A stretch of DNA of 64,000 bases from Sulfurimonadaceae bacterium (GTDB lineage Bacteria; Campylobacterota; Campylobacteria; Campylobacterales; Sulfurimonadaceae): contig JBNKJB010000012.1 in assembly GCA_050290965.1 (NCBI GenBank), positions 2,650-66,649 of the forward strand, read 5' to 3'. Each line of letters starts with the position of its first letter. Within the stretch, counting starts at the first letter, position 1. The notes under the pieces are model-generated. The model did not search any database and was not told the origin of the DNA. It saw only the letters and a program-made list of their open reading frames with translations. Positions 8,753-18,997 of this stretch are shown in pieces. Position numbers and translations under genes: made by a program.

Positions 8753-11700
8753 ATGTTTTCAAGATTTTTTATAAACAGGCCAATCTTTGCTACCGTTATT
8801 GCACTTATCATAGTGATAGCAGGGATTGTATCCATACAGATATTGCCGGTCAAAGAGTATCCCGCGGTAGCTCCGCCACAAATTAACATTACGGCTATCT
8901 ATCCGGGGGCTGATGCACAAACGCTTTCAAAAACGGTTTCAAGTACTCTTGAAGATGCGATCAACGGAGTGGAGCATATGACCTATATGACTTCAACCGC
9001 CTCACCTAGCGGCGTGCTTTCCATGAGTGTCTTTTTTGAAGTGGGAACGGATGTTGATCAGGCAAAGGTAGATATTAATAACCGGGTGCAACTTGCGCTT
9101 GTTAAATTACCTCAAGAGGTACAAAGACAAGGTATCAGTGTTAAAGAGCGTTCTCCCGATATGCTCAAAGTTGCCGCGTTTACATCAAGTAATCCTGAGC
9201 ATGACAGGTTGTTCATATCAAACTATATTAATGTCAATATTCTGGATGAACTCAAACGGATTAAAGGGGTGGGTGATGCTATTGTTTTTGGACAAAAAGA
9301 TTATGCTATAAGAATTTGGATAGACCCTGCCAAATTAAAACATTTTAATCTATCACCAGCAGATATTAGTAATCAAGTTGCCAGTCAAAATGGTCAGTAT
9401 GCGGCAGGAAGCGTTGGTGCAGAGCCTTTAGGTGAAAAAGTTCCCCTTACGTATGTTGTCTCTAGCGAGGGCAGATTAAAAACGGTTAAAGAGTTTCAAA
9501 ATATTATTATTAGGTCCAACAGTGATGGCTCCACCTTGCGTCTAAAAGATATTGCACGTGTTGAACTGGGCTCTGATGCTTACTATACCGATTCAAAATA
9601 TTCTACGAAACCTATGATGCCAGTAGGGATCTTCTTATCTTCGGGTGCGAACGCTTTGGAGGTATCGGATGCTGTAGATAAAAAACTCGAAGAGTTAAAA
9701 GCTTCTTTTCCAAAAGGTTTGGATTATGCTTTGCCGTATGATACCAGCATCTTTGTCAACGCTTCGATTCAGGAAGTGCTAAAAACACTTTTGGAAGCTA
9801 TCGTATTTGTTACCATACTGATTTATCTCTTTTTAGGTAATTTCAGAGCAACGATTATTCCTGTTCTGGCGATTCCAGTATCTATTGTTGGGACATTTGC
9901 AGGCCTTTATGCCGCGGGCTTTTCTATCAACCTTTTAACACTCTTTGGGCTTATTCTGGCCATTGGTTTGGTTGTGGATGATGCCATTATTGTTATTGAA
10001 AATATCGAGAGGGTGCTACGAACTAAAAAAATAACAGTCAAAGAAGCCACCGTAGAAGCTATGAAAGAGTTGAGCACTCCTATTGTTGCGATTGTTTTAG
10101 TGATGTCGGCTGTATTTATTCCCGCAGCACTAAGCGGGGGTTTTAGTGGAGTCATGTATAAGCAATTTGCGATGACGATTATTATGGCGGTTGTCATCTC
10201 TGGTATTGTGGCTTTAACGTTAACTCCTGCACTGTGTGCCATATTTTTAAAAGAGCACGAAGAGGAACCCATCTGGCCTATTAGAAAATTTAATCAATTT
10301 TTTGATTGGTCGACAACGATCTTTTTAGGTTTTACACGACAAACCATTAAACTGTGGGCTTTTTCTCTTTTGCTTTTTGGTGGATTGCTTTTTACCACCT
10401 ATGCAACAATGCAAAAAATACCATCAGGACTGGTTCCATCAGAAGATAAAGGTGTGTTGCTTGTTATTATGAATATGATGCCGGCAACCTCTTTGTCTGA
10501 ATCGGTCAAAATTGCAGATGGCATTGAAAACGTTTTTTTAAACCATAAAGATATCAATGCAACGGCAGCCATTATGGGTCTTGATTTAACTACATTTGCC
10601 TATAAAACCGATGCTGGGATTATGTTTGTAAATCTTAAGCCTTGGGAAGAAAGAACGCTTCCAAATCAAAGCGCACAAGCACTTGCCGGACAATTCTTTG
10701 GACAAATGATGCAAAACAAAGATGCGTTTGTCATTCCGGTTAATCCTCCTCCGATTCGGGGAATGAGTATGACCGGTGGATTTGATATGTGGGTACAAGA
10801 CAGAACCGGTGGTGATTTGCAAACACTTAATGAGTACGCACAACAGATTGTGGCCGAAGCCAATAACGACCCGCGTATTACGGGTTCAAGAACCTCTTTA
10901 AATACGAACGTGCCGCAGTACACTTTAAAAGTTGATAGAGAAAAAGCGAAATCAATGGGAGTGAGCTTAAAAGATATTTATGCAACGCTTCAAAGCACCT
11001 TTGGTCAAGGGTATATTAATGATTTCAATCTCTATGGAAGAACCTTCCATGTCAATATACAAGCCGATTCGGAGTTTAGATCACGCAAAGATAATTATAA
11101 AGATGTGTTTGTGCGATCAAGCAATAATGAGCTAATACCACTAAGTGCGCTTGTGGATGTTAAAAGAGTTGTTAATGCAAGTGTCATTCAGCGTTTCAAC
11201 ATGTTTAACGCTGCTAATATCACAGGAAATCCAGGAGCTGGTTATACGTCAGATGATGCCAATAAAGCCATTGAAGAGATTGCAAAAAGAATTTTACCCG
11301 AGGGCTATTCACTGGCGTGGGCTGGCACAACGTATCAGGAAAAACAACTCGAAGCCAAAGGAAATTACGCTTCCATTTATGCTGCTATTTTTATCTTTTT
11401 GATTCTGGCAGCACTGTATGAAAGCTGGAGTATTCCTATGGCGGTTATCTTGTCGATTCCTTTTGCCATACTTGGCGCAGCCATTGCGGTATGGCTTAGA
11501 GGATTAGAGGCTGATGTCTATTTTCAAGTGGGATTGGTTACGCTGGTGGGACTTTCGGCAAAAAATGCCATCTTGATTGTGGAGTTTGCAATGGATAAAC
11601 GTCGTAGTGGCATGAGTCTTCTTGAAGCAACCATTGAAGCAGCGCGGTTGAGATTTAGACCGATTGTAATGACCTCGTTAGCTTTTATTGTTGGAACACT

Positions 11701-11887
11701 ACCATTGGCAGTGAGTTCAGGAGCCGGTTCGGCAAGCCGTCATATTATTGGAACAACGGTTGTTGGCGGGATGATTGCAGCAACGCTTATTGGGGTTTTA
11801 TTTATTCCGCTTTTCTTTTATATTGTTGTTTGGGTTAAACAAAAATTTAGTCAAAAGAGCACGCATAACGCATTACATGTAAAGTAG
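8753..11887 (+). CDS. RND multidrug efflux transporter (AcrB/CmeB/HefC family)
   Basis: 1044 aa with 12-TM/two-loop architecture and N-terminus MFSRFFINRPIFATVIALII. Conserved TM4 reads GLVVDDAIIVIENIER. Confidence 0.95.
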   Translation: MFSRFFINRPIFATVIALIIVIAGIVSIQILPVKEYPAVAPPQINITAIYPGADAQTLSKTVSSTLEDAINGVEHMTYMTSTASPSGVLSMSVFFEVGTDVDQAKVDINNRVQLALVKLPQEVQRQGISVKERSPDMLKVAAFTSSNPEHDRLFISNYINVNILDELKRIKGVGDAIVFGQKDYAIRIWIDPAKLKHFNLSPADISNQVASQNGQYAAGSVGAEPLGEKVPLTYVVSSEGRLKTVKEFQNIIIRSNSDGSTLRLKDIARVELGSDAYYTDSKYSTKPMMPVGIFLSSGANALEVSDAVDKKLEELKASFPKGLDYALPYDTSIFVNASIQEVLKTLLEAIVFVTILIYLFLGNFRATIIPVLAIPVSIVGTFAGLYAAGFSINLLTLFGLILAIGLVVDDAIIVIENIERVLRTKKITVKEATVEAMKELSTPIVAIVLVMSAVFIPAALSGGFSGVMYKQFAMTIIMAVVISGIVALTLTPALCAIFLKEHEEEPIWPIRKFNQFFDWSTTIFLGFTRQTIKLWAFSLLLFGGLLFTTYATMQKIPSGLVPSEDKGVLLVIMNMMPATSLSESVKIADGIENVFLNHKDINATAAIMGLDLTTFAYKTDAGIMFVNLKPWEERTLPNQSAQALAGQFFGQMMQNKDAFVIPVNPPPIRGMSMTGGFDMWVQDRTGGDLQTLNEYAQQIVAEANNDPRITGSRTSLNTNVPQYTLKVDREKAKSMGVSLKDIYATLQSTFGQGYINDFNLYGRTFHVNIQADSEFRSRKDNYKDVFVRSSNNELIPLSALVDVKRVVNASVIQRFNMFNAANITGNPGAGYTSDDANKAIEEIAKRILPEGYSLAWAGTTYQEKQLEAKGNYASIYAAIFIFLILAALYESWSIPMAVILSIPFAILGAAIAVWLRGLEADVYFQVGLVTLVGLSAKNAILIVEFAMDKRRSGMSLLEATIEAARLRFRPIVMTSLAFIVGTLPLAVSSGAGSASRHIIGTTVVGGMIAATLIGVLFIPLFFYIVVWVKQKFSQKSTHNALHVK

Positions 11888-11898
11888 TTTACATGTAA
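11873..11898. repeat. Two TTACATGTAA palindromes 16 bp apart, spanning the RND gene stop codon
   Basis: Exact copies at 11873-11882 (codons LHVK then TAG) and 11889-11898. The second fills most of the 19-nt gap between the convergent RND and porin genes. Confidence 0.95.
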
Positions 11899-11906
11899 CG
11901 CTCGCG

Positions 11907-13238
11907 TTAGAAACGATAACGCAAATAAAGGCGCAGATCTTGTGCGCTGTCTACAATATTGCTGGCTAAAGCTGTGCTATCGGGAAGGGAGCTGATTTTA
12001 ACCGGCGTACCGCTTTGTGAGCCAAAAAATCCATTGCTGCCGCTGTATTTATAATCAATGTAGGTATAGCGCAGCTGTGCCGAAAGTCCTTTTAAGATTG
12101 GCTCAGTCCAGTAAAACTCATAAGCATCACCGCGAGCAGCTATTTTAGAGCCAATCAGCGTGTCTTCAGCATAGGTAAACGAGCGCCAGTATTTGCTACC
12201 ATAATTGTATTCCACTCCAATACGCCCCTTGTTGGTGACAAATGAGGGAAACTGTGTGCCAAACCAGAGACTGTACCCGGTTTTAGAATGGGTGGAGCCT
12301 AGCATACTTTTAGAGCCATCAGGATCAGTTTGTGACATCGCTGCACTGGCAAAGAAAAGTGTATCGCGCAGAGATTTACTGGTATAAGATACATAGCTTG
12401 ATAGCAGCTTCAGATCACCAACAACGTGAAGGGCAGGGTTGTAGTTGGCGGGATTGAAATTGCCCATCATATCAAATCCTGCATTGGTAATGTCAATCAG
12501 GTTTTCTGCTTGAGTATATTGAATTTCAGTGGCGATGGCATTGTTGCTATAGGGAACGAGATTGATGGCAAACATGGTGATGTTTTTAGTAGAGTTATCC
12601 AAACCGTCGCTGTAGGGGGCAGTATTAAAATGTGACTCTACATTGCTCATTCCTTGTCCGGCTGCAAATTTGATGGAAGAACCAGAAAGGCCCGTTATAC
12701 CATCAAGATAAAATTTGAGATTACCGCCGTCAAATTCGGCATTGCTAATATGTGCTAGTGGTGAAGTTGCCTCATCGTCTTCTCTGAGATTAATAAGTTG
12801 TCCATTGTTAGATGGACGGCGGCCAATACCTGCTTTCCAAGGTAAATCAAGACCAAAAAATGTATCGTTTTTAAAATTCAGATAGACCGAACGTACCCTA
12901 AGAACATCATCTTGTACTGTCTCAGATGCCAACCAGTCAAAACCGTCCATATTAAGCGGTGTGCTAGAGATACGTTGGCCCCAAAATTTATTATAAGAGA
13001 GTTGTCCGCCAAATTCAACACCAGGGGTAACGCTATAGTGCATATTAAGCCACAAACGATTGCGCCACAGTGCATTGTTATCTTGATGCGAGCCATCAGC
13101 CATAGTATAAGCCAAAGAATCCATGCTCAATCGATAATCGGCGCCAAGAGCAAGCTTGTCATCCATTGATGGAGCACTTGTTTTAGCGCTTAGTGATCCT
13201 GCAAGTAAGAGTGGAATCATAAAAGAGGATAGTTTCAT
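11907..13238 (-). CDS. Putative outer-membrane beta-barrel protein (porin-like)
   Basis: Signal peptide MKLSSFMIPLLLAGSLSA, alternating amphipathic beta-strand pattern rich in Y/G/S, and a C-terminal aromatic signature YLRYRF. Confidence 0.6.
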   Translation of the reverse strand: MKLSSFMIPLLLAGSLSAKTSAPSMDDKLALGADYRLSMDSLAYTMADGSHQDNNALWRNRLWLNMHYSVTPGVEFGGQLSYNKFWGQRISSTPLNMDGFDWLASETVQDDVLRVRSVYLNFKNDTFFGLDLPWKAGIGRRPSNNGQLINLREDDEATSPLAHISNAEFDGGNLKFYLDGITGLSGSSIKFAAGQGMSNVESHFNTAPYSDGLDNSTKNITMFAINLVPYSNNAIATEIQYTQAENLIDITNAGFDMMGNFNPANYNPALHVVGDLKLLSSYVSYTSKSLRDTLFFASAAMSQTDPDGSKSMLGSTHSKTGYSLWFGTQFPSFVTNKGRIGVEYNYGSKYWRSFTYAEDTLIGSKIAARGDAYEFYWTEPILKGLSAQLRYTYIDYKYSGSNGFFGSQSGTPVKISSLPDSTALASNIVDSAQDLRLYLRYRF

Positions 13239-13432
13239 ATATTTTCCTTGTTAAAAAGCTATTAGACTTTTGCATTAGCTTGGGCAGGTAGTGTGAGTTG
13301 CCATGCTAAAGATAATGACAAGGTGATTGTAAGAAGGGATAGGCAATAGAGTATTGCCGGAGATTCATCGTAAGTTAACGCTATAGAAATAGAGATTAAT
13401 TGAGTCTAAACAGATAGAAAAACAGGGGTTAT

Positions 13433-15361
13433 TTAAAGGTTTTCTCTGTGAATTGAAATTCCTTTTAGATGCGTCAGGGGATAGGCAAAAGCAATACCGG
13501 CACCGCTACCGATAATATCAAGATCGTTCATGACTTTTTGAATAACAGCATCAACTTTGTTGGAAGGAATAATAAACATTAAATTGGCATCCGTATTCTC
13601 AGATTCGAGACGATTGTAAAAATTATCCATCTCTGCAAGCCCCATACCATGGGCATCCATAATCGTCACACCGGTTGCTCCGGCTTCTTTAGCACTTAAA
13701 AGCGCTTTCTCTTTGGTGTGATGTGGAACAATAATATGAACCGCAGAAAAATGTCTATTGTAAGAGTGTCGCAAACCGCTGGCATCGACATTGACAGTGG
13801 TAAGTCCCATATTATTGGCATCTTCAATGGCCTGACGCAGTTCCAAAATATGCGCTTTCTCTTTTTCATGCGTACCCAAGACACCGATTTTTTCGGTAAT
13901 AACACCATAAAGCATTACCGTTATCATTGGAAAAAGCGATGCAAATGCAATAAGACCAAAACCATCAATCAGAGGATCGCGTCCTTCAATATTGGTAGCA
14001 AGTCCCAGCCCAAGCGCTGCAACCAGTGGTACGGTGACGGTTGAAGTAGTAACACCGCCGCTATCATAAGCAATGGAGACAATATACTTTGGTGCAATGG
14101 TGGTAAGTGCAATCACAAAGATATAACCTACAATGATGTAATAGACGATATGACCACCATCAATAATACGAAAAGATCCGAGCGCAATACCAATAGCCAC
14201 TCCAAAAGCTACAAAAACACGAAGAACAAAGTCGTTAATTTTGCCGTCACTAATCTCTTTAGCTTTACGGGCAATGGCTGAGAGTGCGGGTTCGGCCATG
14301 GTGGTTGAAAATCCAATGGCAAAAGCAAAGAGATAAATAACGCTTTGGCTACCATTTTTGGTAAGTTGTAGTGCCATTGTCTCACCCAAACCAAAAAGTC
14401 CCATTTCAAGTCCGATAATAAACGCATCAAGACCAATAACAACAAGTCCAAATCCAATAAAAGTCTCTTTAAGATTTTCAATCGGTTTTTTAAGAACAAC
14501 ATACTGAAAAAAGAGAATGACTCCCAAAATAGGAATAACGTCTTTGATGACATTGAAAAAGCTTTTGAAAATACTAAAAAAAGAGAATGTAGGAATGGTG
14601 CTAGCGGCATTAATTAAATCATGTTGTAAAGGAATAGGGGTTTGGGTTGCTTCAATAAAATGGTAGACGTAAATACCGTAAAACTGCACAAAAATCATGG
14701 GGGTTAATGATGCAAATGCAATCAATCCAAAGCCATCAAGTACAGGATGACGCCCTTTGATACTTGAGGCCAAACCAATACCAAGTGCCGCAACCAGCGG
14801 AACCGTTACGGTTGATGTGGTAACGCCACCAAGATCATACGCAAGTCCTACAATCTCATGCGGGGCAAACGCCGTGGTACCAACCACCAATAGATAGCCC
14901 ATGATAATATAGTAGTGAATGGGATGACCTTTGATAATGCGCCATACACCCAAAATAAGGGCAAAACCCACGGAAAAAGCCACTACAAGTCTTAAAATAT
15001 CGGCATCAATGCGCCCACTACTGATGCTTGCAGCTTTAATGGCAATGACATAGAGTGCCGGTTCGGCAATGGTGGTACCAAAACCAATTAAAAATGAAAA
15101 AATGACAATCCAAAACGTTGAGCCCTGATGCGCAAAGTTTGATGCCAGCTTTTCGCCTACAGGAAACACTCCCACTTCCAAACCCAGCAAGAAAATAGCC
15201 AGTCCAATACCTACAATAAGGAGTCCTACAAGCGTTGGCAGCCAATTGTCCGGTACGCTTTGAATAATAGCGAGTTGAAAAAAGATAATCACCAAGATAA
15301 TAGGCAATAGATCGCGAAAAGATTCGCGTAGCAGTTGTAAAAATGACTTGATGCTTAACAT
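13433..15361 (-). CDS. Fusion protein: two tandem DUF1538-type membrane domains plus a C-terminal P-II-like domain
   Basis: An internal repeat is visible: AYDLGGVTTSTVTVPLVAALGIGLAS..DGFGLIAFASL versus AYDSGGVTTSTVTVPLVAALGLGLAT..DGFGLIAFASL. The last ~105 aa (nt 13436-13750) have a GlnB/P-II-like pattern (VHIIVP..KEAGATGVTIMDAHGMG). Confidence 0.7.
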   Translation of the reverse strand: MLSIKSFLQLLRESFRDLLPIILVIIFFQLAIIQSVPDNWLPTLVGLLIVGIGLAIFLLGLEVGVFPVGEKLASNFAHQGSTFWIVIFSFLIGFGTTIAEPALYVIAIKAASISSGRIDADILRLVVAFSVGFALILGVWRIIKGHPIHYYIIMGYLLVVGTTAFAPHEIVGLAYDLGGVTTSTVTVPLVAALGIGLASSIKGRHPVLDGFGLIAFASLTPMIFVQFYGIYVYHFIEATQTPIPLQHDLINAASTIPTFSFFSIFKSFFNVIKDVIPILGVILFFQYVVLKKPIENLKETFIGFGLVVIGLDAFIIGLEMGLFGLGETMALQLTKNGSQSVIYLFAFAIGFSTTMAEPALSAIARKAKEISDGKINDFVLRVFVAFGVAIGIALGSFRIIDGGHIVYYIIVGYIFVIALTTIAPKYIVSIAYDSGGVTTSTVTVPLVAALGLGLATNIEGRDPLIDGFGLIAFASLFPMITVMLYGVITEKIGVLGTHEKEKAHILELRQAIEDANNMGLTTVNVDASGLRHSYNRHFSAVHIIVPHHTKEKALLSAKEAGATGVTIMDAHGMGLAEMDNFYNRLESENTDANLMFIIPSNKVDAVIQKVMNDLDIIGSGAGIAFAYPLTHLKGISIHRENL

Positions 15362-15373
15362 AAAGTAGCCTTT

Positions 15374-16099
15374 TTATTTACCAATTTCAACCATTTTGCG
15401 GCGTAAGTACGCAATGCGACTTTGGAGTGGCAAATCTTTAGGACAGACATCTTCGCAACCTAGCAGTGTCATACAGCCAAAAACTCCGTTTTCATCACCT
15501 ACAAGTTCAAAGTAATCCAGGTTACTGCGTGCATCACGTGGGTCAAGTTGATAGCGGGCAATTTTGTTAAGCCCCACAGCCCCTACAAAATCTTCGCGCA
15601 TCTGGATGGTACCGCATCCGGCAACACAGCATCCACACTCAATACAGCGATCAAGTTCGTAAATCTCTTCAGCAAGTTCGGGTTCCATCTTCGCTTCAAG
15701 TCGATCAAAATCAAGCTCTTTTTCCTGATGAATCCATGCTTCAAGCCGTTGGTTAAGTCCACGCATCCAGTTACCTGTGTAAACGGATAAATCGCCAATA
15801 AGTTCAAAAACAGGCAGTGGTGCTAGCGTGATTTCATTATCAAGCTTGGCAGTAAGAGTGCGACAAGCAAGCCCAGGACGTCCATTGATAATCATGGCAC
15901 AACTGCCACAAATTCCTGCGCGACAGACAAAATCAAATTTGAGTGAATTGTCGATATGCTTACGAATATCGTTAAGAGCAATATAAAGGGTCATACCCGG
16001 AGCTTCACGGATTTCGTACGTTTCCATACGAGCACGGTCATTTTTTAGATGCGGATCAAAACGTAAAACAGAAATTTTAAGCGTGCGTCCTTCACTCAT
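15374..16099 (-). CDS. frdB: Fumarate reductase iron-sulfur subunit
   Basis: 2Fe-2S motif CRAGICGSCAM and cluster motifs CIECGCCVAGC and CMTLLGCEDVCP. I prefer the start at the second Met (16099), 1 nt after the frdA stop. The ORF-track start at 16126 would overlap frdA. Confidence 0.93.
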   Translation of the reverse strand: MSEGRTLKISVLRFDPHLKNDRARMETYEIREAPGMTLYIALNDIRKHIDNSLKFDFVCRAGICGSCAMIINGRPGLACRTLTAKLDNEITLAPLPVFELIGDLSVYTGNWMRGLNQRLEAWIHQEKELDFDRLEAKMEPELAEEIYELDRCIECGCCVAGCGTIQMREDFVGAVGLNKIARYQLDPRDARSNLDYFELVGDENGVFGCMTLLGCEDVCPKDLPLQSRIAYLRRKMVEIGK

Positions 16100-16100
16100 G

Positions 16101-18092
16101 TTACAACCTCTCGTTAAGTCGCTCATTGCGACCTTGATATTTTATGGGAAGTTTATCGCGAAAAGGCATGAGTGCATCTTGAATGGCAAAACGATCTGCT
16201 CCTTGAGCGTGCAGGGTATTTTTAAGTGCATCTACCTCATTTTGGCGTTTTTCGCTCTGTGCATCAACAATATTCAGATTTTTTCCATAACCGCGCCATC
16301 CCGGAGGCAACTCCATGCTTTGAATATCAATGGCTTCATAATCTATTTGTGGAAGCGAGTGCGTTTCATCCGGCCATGAAGTGAGGGTACGTTTGAGCCA
16401 TTCATGGTCGTTACGTTCGGGATAATCTTCGCGTGCATGTGCGCCGCGGCTTTCGGTTCGCAGCAGCGCTCCATAAGCGACACAAAGCGCAACTTTAAGC
16501 ATTTTTTGCGTGCGGTATGCATTTACAAGTGCCGGATTAGCTGCTAATGATTTGGAGCGGTGTACATGAATATTTTTGCTGCGAATGAGCAGTTTTTCAA
16601 GTTCGTTTACGGCCTCTTGTAAGTCATGGCCATTGCGAAAAATACCGACTTTGTCCATCATAATTTTTTCCATCGCTTCGCGCAGTTCAAAGGAGTCTTC
16701 GCTATTGGCTTTTTCTTCCAATAAAAACTCAAGTTTTTCTTGTTCGCGTTTAATAAAGTATTCGACGGTATTAGTATTAATATCCAATTGGCTTTGCGGA
16801 GTATCGCAAAAGTCGGCTATGTATTCTGCAACCAACATGCCTGACACCACGGTTTCAGCCACCGAGTTACCGCCAAGACGGTTAAAACCATGCAGATCCC
16901 AACAGGCGGCTTCACCACAAGAAAAGAGTCCTTTGAGCGTTTGCGATTCACCACGATAATCCGTGCGAATGCCACCCATAGAGTAGTGCTGGGTAGGGCG
17001 CACGGGGATCCACTCCTCGGCGGGGTCAATTCCTAAAAAACTTTCACAAATCTCTTTGACTTCACGCAGATTTTTTTCAATATGTTCACGTCCTAAAATA
17101 GTGATATCCAGCCATAAATGATCACCATAGCGTGATTTAACCCCTTTGCCTTTGCGGATGTGTTCTGTCATACGACGACTCACCACATCACGTGAAGCAA
17201 GCTCTTTTTTTTCAGGTTCATAATCGGGCATAAAACGGTATCCGTCCACATCGCGCAATACTCCGCCATCACCCCGGCAGCCTTCGGTAGTTAAAATACC
17301 TACGGGAACAATGGCTGTGGGGTGAAACTGTATGGCTTCCATATTCCCTAATGTGGCTACTCCAGTTTCTAGTGCAATGGCATGGCCGATACCTTGACAG
17401 ATGGTGGCGTTGGTGGTAACGCTATAGAGTCTGCCATAGCCACCCGTGGCAATGCAGGTAGCTTTTGCTAAATAGGCGGTGAGCTCTCCGGTCATAAGAT
17501 TGCGTGAGACGGCACCATAGCAGCGGCCATTTTCATGAATGAGTGCAATCGCTTCGCGGCGTTCTCTAATGACGATTTTTTTCTCTTGTGCGCGGTTATC
17601 CATGGCATAGAGCATGGAGTGGCCCGTGCCATCAGAGGTGTAGCAGGTACGCCATTTTTTAGTACCACCAAAATCACGTGCCGTGATAAGGCCATGGGCA
17701 GCATCTTTTTCACTAATCGTAACTTTTTGGGCATTGATAATGGATTGATGATCCCCACGTTTGACACGGTTCCACGGCACACCCCATGCGGCTAATTCGC
17801 GGATTGCTTTAGGCGCGGTGTTAACAAACATACGCGCTACCAGCTGATCGGCACCCCAGTCTGAGCCTTTAATAGTATCTTCAAAATGGATGTCTTCATT
17901 ATCGCCTTCGCCCATAGCACTGTTGCCAAGACTGGCCTGCATGCCACCTTGCGCTGCAGCCGAGTGGGAACGTTTAGGTGGGACGAGGGTGAGTAAAATC
18001 ACATCATTGCCGCGCTCCTTAACCCCCGTGGCAACCCGCAATCCGGCAAGGCCACCGCCAATAACAAGCACATCCGTATAGGTGATCTTCAT
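16101..18092 (-). CDS. frdA: Fumarate reductase flavoprotein subunit
   Basis: FAD fold [12 protein letters not shown], covalent-FAD His region [10 protein letters not shown], and active-site HPT and RGEGG-like CRGDGG. 663 aa, the long Wolinella-type form. Confidence 0.95.
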   Translation of the reverse strand: MKITYTDVLVIGGGLAGLRVATGVKERGNDVILLTLVPPKRSHSAAAQGGMQASLGNSAMGEGDNEDIHFEDTIKGSDWGADQLVARMFVNTAPKAIRELAAWGVPWNRVKRGDHQSIINAQKVTISEKDAAHGLITARDFGGTKKWRTCYTSDGTGHSMLYAMDNRAQEKKIVIRERREAIALIHENGRCYGAVSRNLMTGELTAYLAKATCIATGGYGRLYSVTTNATICQGIGHAIALETGVATLGNMEAIQFHPTAIVPVGILTTEGCRGDGGVLRDVDGYRFMPDYEPEKKELASRDVVSRRMTEHIRKGKGVKSRYGDHLWLDITILGREHIEKNLREVKEICESFLGIDPAEEWIPVRPTQHYSMGGIRTDYRGESQTLKGLFSCGEAACWDLHGFNRLGGNSVAETVVSGMLVAEYIADFCDTPQSQLDINTNTVEYFIKREQEKLEFLLEEKANSEDSFELREAMEKIMMDKVGIFRNGHDLQEAVNELEKLLIRSKNIHVHRSKSLAANPALVNAYRTQKMLKVALCVAYGALLRTESRGAHAREDYPERNDHEWLKRTLTSWPDETHSLPQIDYEAIDIQSMELPPGWRGYGKNLNIVDAQSEKRQNEVDALKNTLHAQGADRFAIQDALMPFRDKLPIKYQGRNERLNERL

Positions 18093-18847
18093 TCATGGAC
18101 TCCTTGAGGATGATAGCGCTCACCGCTTTTGAAATCACCTGAAGTTCCAATGTACATGTAACGCGCTAGCGAAGCGGTTCCAAGTACCAGATAAAAGGTA
18201 ATGACAAAATACATAATGGCACGAATTTTTGCACGGCGTGCTTTGAAATGCTTATGCTCTTTGGGCTCAAAAAACCCCCATTTCAAAATCAACCGATACA
18301 CGCCCACACCCGCATGCACAATAACTGAAAAAAGCAGCAGCAAATAAAGCGGCCACATCACATCTTGTGCAACACGTTCGCTTGAAGCAAAGGGGCCGAT
18401 ATTTCCTGGTTGGGTAATCATGGTATAAAGATGAATGGAAGCTAGAAAAAACATAGCAAACCCGCTCATGACCTGTATGGCCCATAATGAGGTGTCGTGG
18501 TGCTGCATACGGTGCATATGGGTGTTAAATGCTTTGTACTGGCGGTAACTGGCGGGAAATTTTCGTAGTGCCACAAAAGCATGAATGATAATAATGCTCA
18601 AAATAAAGAGTGCCAGCAGTGAAATGATTGAAGGGTGCTTTTGATCAAAAAAATAGTAGCCCTCAAAAAACTGTGTCATAACATACATAGCATCGTTAGA
18701 GATGAGAATGGATGATTCAAAAAGAATGTGAGCAGCTATAAAAAGAGCTAAAATCACCCCTGTAGCACTTTGAATAAAATCAAGTCGTGCCGGAGTTTTG
18801 TCACTATGGTGTTTCACCGCTATTCCTTCGGTTGAAAGTAGGCACAT
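18089..18847 (-). CDS. frdC: Fumarate reductase dihaem cytochrome b subunit (Wolinella type)
   Basis: [12 protein letters not shown] resembles W. succinogenes FrdC AKLDWWQSATG as recalled. Five TM helices carry conserved His residues. The start is uncertain: the ATG at 18847 has no RBS, whereas a GTG at 18817 follows GAAGGA. Confidence 0.85.
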   Translation of the reverse strand: MCLLSTEGIAVKHHSDKTPARLDFIQSATGVILALFIAAHILFESSILISNDAMYVMTQFFEGYYFFDQKHPSIISLLALFILSIIIIHAFVALRKFPASYRQYKAFNTHMHRMQHHDTSLWAIQVMSGFAMFFLASIHLYTMITQPGNIGPFASSERVAQDVMWPLYLLLLFSVIVHAGVGVYRLILKWGFFEPKEHKHFKARRAKIRAIMYFVITFYLVLGTASLARYMYIGTSGDFKSGERYHPQGVHE

Positions 18848-18848
18848 C

Positions 18849-18971
18849 AGAGTTTTTGGAAAACTCTATGTAAACGCACTTTGAGCAAAGCCCAAAGTGC
18901 TACGCTAGCCGCTGAGGCACTAAAGCTTGCCCCTTTGGGGCAGATTAGGGTTCTTGCGATTTTGCAAGAAC
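18849..18971 (-). promoter_or_regulatory. Four consecutive stem-loops in the frdC upstream or leader region
   Basis: AGAGTTTT/AAAACTCT at 18849-18867. GCACTTTG/CAAAGTGC at 18876-18900. TGCCCC/GGGGCA at 18928-18942. GTTCTTGC/GCAAGAAC at 18950-18971. A minus-strand TATAAT lies at 18980-18975. Confidence 0.5.
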
Positions 18972-18997
18972 TCAATTATAGCAAAGCTTGTAAAGAA

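Noticed and set aside
16100-16126. N-terminal extensions in longest-ORF predictions: frdB to 16126, xth to 19846, folD to 37203, tonB to 56959, flgF from 61794 and thiL from 26164.
   Set aside because: Conserved N-terminal motifs, RBS positions and promoter elements inside the extensions all favour the shorter starts given in the feature list.
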